A DNA stretch of 64,000 nucleotides from Candidatus Helarchaeota ASGARD archaeon Hel_GB_B (GTDB lineage: Archaea > Asgardarchaeota > Lokiarchaeia > Helarchaeales > HEL-GB-B): assembly GCA_005191425.1 (NCBI GenBank), contig SUPR01000002.1, forward strand, positions 2,453-66,452, read 5' to 3'. This document shows positions 61,681 to 64,000 of the stretch, one piece after another. Both the position numbers and the translations under genes were made by a program. Position 1 is the stretch's first letter; every line of letters begins with the position of its first letter. Below the pieces are notes generated by a model that saw only the letters and a program-made list of their open reading frames with translations, made no database searches and was not told the origin of the DNA.

Positions 61681-62031
61681 TCATCTAATTTTAGCACCAA
61701 TTTCGATATCATCCTCAGGTACTAAAATCTTTACATTATCTTTGTATTGAGCTGCCAAAATCATTCCTTCTGATACCACACCCCGTAATTTAGCCGGTTT
61801 CAAATTTACCACTACTGGTACTAAACGACCTTTTAATTGTTCCATTGTATAATAATCTTTTAGACCAGCAACGCATTGAATTTTTTTATCTTTAATATCT
61901 ATAATTAATTTATACAATTTATCTGAATTTTGTATTTGCTCAACTTCAATAATTTTACCTATTCTCATTTTAATCTTTGCAAAATCTTCAATAGTAATTA
62001 GTTCATCCTTATTTTTTGACATTTGTATCAC
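61681..62031 (-). CDS. tRNA-binding domain protein (Trbp111/CsaA/EMAP-like OB fold)
   Basis: IRIGKIIEVE...KLYKLIIDIGD...IQCVAG...LKGRLVPVVVNLKPAKLRGVVSEGMIL is the canonical tRNA_bind domain. Confidence 0.7.
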   Translation of the reverse strand: MIQMSKNKDELITIEDFAKIKMRIGKIIEVEQIQNSDKLYKLIIDIKDKKIQCVAGLKDYYTMEQLKGRLVPVVVNLKPAKLRGVVSEGMILAAQYKDNVKILVPEDDIEIGAKIR

Positions 62032-62585
62032 TTCTTGTTTTTAATAATTTAAGCAATAATTTTGAATTAACCGATAAAATTTCAGCCAATTAAATCTTTT
62101 TATTTTTTATGGTTTTTCTCCTATTTTACTATTTATATAATTTTTCGAGTCCATTGATTCTATGGGCCTTAAACTTTACTTATTATAATTTAATTGATTA
62201 TTTTTTGATAATAAAAATAAAATTCAATATAAAAAAATCTATTTTACTATCAAAAAATCCAAAATCTATAAATATTACTTCAAAAAGTATTTAATAATTC
62301 AATGAAGTTAAAAAATAAATAAATAAATTACTCCACATCTTAATTTTATAATTTAACAATATGTCGTTATAGATTACAGATTAACTCAATTAAATTTTAA
62401 TAAAAAGAACATCCATTTATAACATCCATTTATAATAGTCATTCAAGAAATTAATGTTCTATTTCCCAAAATCGGATTTAATTAATGAATAAAATAAAAA
62501 TTATAAATGCACATCATTAAATTTAATTCAAGAACATTTAAGAAATAATCTCTACAAATATCCAATAAAAATTTAGTGTATTAAA

Positions 62586-63842
62586 ATGGTAAAATTTAAA
62601 ATAAAAGATGAAAGTTTGGCAGAAGAAGGGTTCGATGCATTATATATTGCCGAAAGGAAGATGCCTGTTACAGGTAAAATTATTCGAGAGCGGTTTGAGA
62701 AAGAAAAGCCATTGAAAAATATTCTAATAGCCGGGTGTTTACATATTACGAAAGAAACCGGGGTATTAGCTAGAACTTTAAAAGCGGCGGGCGCCGAAGT
62801 AGCATTATGTGGTTCAAACCCCTTATCAACTCAAGATGATGTGGCTGCTGCATTAGTAAAAGAAGGAATAAATGTCTTTGCATGGCATGGAAATACTAAT
62901 GAAGAGTTCTATGAAAATATTAGGAGTTGTTTAGATCTAAAACCCAATATATTAATCGATGATGGTGCTGACTTAATAGTAACTGCCCATAAAGAATATC
63001 CTGACTTAATTCAATCAATTTATGGTGCCCAAGAAGAAACAACAACTGGAGTTAAACGTTTTATTGCTATGGAGGAACGTGGGCTTTTAAAAGTTCCATT
63101 AATTCCAGTAAATAATGCTAAATGTAAAAATCAATTTGATAATGAATTAGGGACTGGACAAGGAATTATATCTGCAATTTATGGGATGCATGTTTTATTT
63201 GCAGGTAAAAATGTCGTAGTTGCGGGGTATGGGCATTGTTCAAGCGGAATGGCTTTAAGAGCAAGAGGTTTAGGGTCTAATGTAACAATAACAGAAGTCG
63301 ACCCGATAAAAGCTTTAAAGGCTAAATTTGCTGGCTATAATGTAGCTCCTATTTCTGAAGCAATTAAAAACGCTGATATGATATTCACAGCAACTGGATG
63401 TAAAAATGTCATTAAAAAATCGGATTTTGAGAATTTAAAAGATGGAGTAATTTTAGCAAATTTAGGTCATTTTGATGTCGAAATTCCGACAAATGAATTA
63501 AAAGAATATGCTGTGAGTATAAAAACTGTCAGAAAAGATGTCGAAGAATTGACATTTCCCTCTGGAAAAAAGATATACTTATTAGCACAAGGTCGTTTAG
63601 CAAATTTAGTTCTGGCTGAGGGGCATCCCAGTGAAATTATGGACATGTCATTCGCTTTACAATCATTGATATCTGAATACATCATAAAAAATAAAGGGCA
63701 ATTAAAACCAGGGATAATCCCCGTTCCTGAAGAGATAGACAACGAAGTTGGTTTTTTAAAATTAAAATCAATGAATATTGAGATCGATAAATTAACTGAC
63801 GAACAATATAATTATATACATGGTTTTGAAGAGGGTACTTGA
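62586..63842 (+). CDS. ahcY: Adenosylhomocysteinase
   Basis: NAD-binding GYGHCSSG, plus ETTTG and DDGADL segments. ~418 aa archaeal-type AhcY. Confidence 0.9.
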   Translation: MVKFKIKDESLAEEGFDALYIAERKMPVTGKIIRERFEKEKPLKNILIAGCLHITKETGVLARTLKAAGAEVALCGSNPLSTQDDVAAALVKEGINVFAWHGNTNEEFYENIRSCLDLKPNILIDDGADLIVTAHKEYPDLIQSIYGAQEETTTGVKRFIAMEERGLLKVPLIPVNNAKCKNQFDNELGTGQGIISAIYGMHVLFAGKNVVVAGYGHCSSGMALRARGLGSNVTITEVDPIKALKAKFAGYNVAPISEAIKNADMIFTATGCKNVIKKSDFENLKDGVILANLGHFDVEIPTNELKEYAVSIKTVRKDVEELTFPSGKKIYLLAQGRLANLVLAEGHPSEIMDMSFALQSLISEYIIKNKGQLKPGIIPVPEEIDNEVGFLKLKSMNIEIDKLTDEQYNYIHGFEEGT

Positions 63843-63887
63843 ATTTAAATTTACTATAGACCAAGATTTTTATCAATAAATCTAATT

Positions 63888-64000
63888 TTAATGTGCAACT
63901 GCCATATTTTCCAAAATCTTTTTACCTTCTAGCGGTCCTATAGCAATTAGAATATCATTTTTCTCAATTTTTAAATTCTTATTCGGTGAATAAATCCAAT
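63888..64000 (-). CDS. 3' end of a gene running off the window (C-terminus ...NDILIAIGPLEGKKILENMAVAH)
   Basis: The minus-strand frame is open from the window edge to TAA at 63888-63890. Confidence 0.2.
   Translation of the reverse strand, partial: WIYSPNKNLKIEKNDILIAIGPLEGKKILENMAVAH

Overview
The window is a 64-kb, very AT-rich (~30% GC by eye) archaeal chromosome segment with dense coding on both strands and mostly TAA stops. The origin is probably an Asgard (Lokiarchaeia-like) or related deep-branching archaeon; this is inferred from gene content only. Core information-processing genes are present: proteasome alpha/beta, CDC48, RFC large and small subunits, Hef helicase-nuclease, RpoP, aSUI1, aEF-1beta, r-proteins L40e and L38e, Tsr3, TruD/Pus7, Pth2, PAC2, class II RNR, UMP kinase and AhcY. 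Energy metabolism genes include an HdrA-MvhD fusion with a polyferredoxin, a tungsten/molybdenum formylmethanofuran dehydrogenase B/D cluster, an aldehyde:ferredoxin oxidoreductase and a hydrogenase maturation protease. Three tRNA genes are present and all three carry introns at non-canonical positions, in the D-loop or T-loop; one carries two introns. Accessory content includes one complete IS element with 14-bp terminal inverted repeats, an orphan N6-adenine DNA methyltransferase in an AT-rich island, a KaiC-like/V4R fusion, a Roadblock-domain protein with Zn-ribbons, and a presenilin-like intramembrane protease. The strongest anomalies are (i) a 27-nt in-frame insertion carrying a TGA stop exactly in the Walker-A (P-loop) codons of the RFC small-subunit gene, and (ii) two conserved genes, L38e and aSUI1, that lack any in-frame ATG/GTG/TTG start; L38e has no Met codon at all. 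No CRISPR array, rRNA or obvious prophage was seen.
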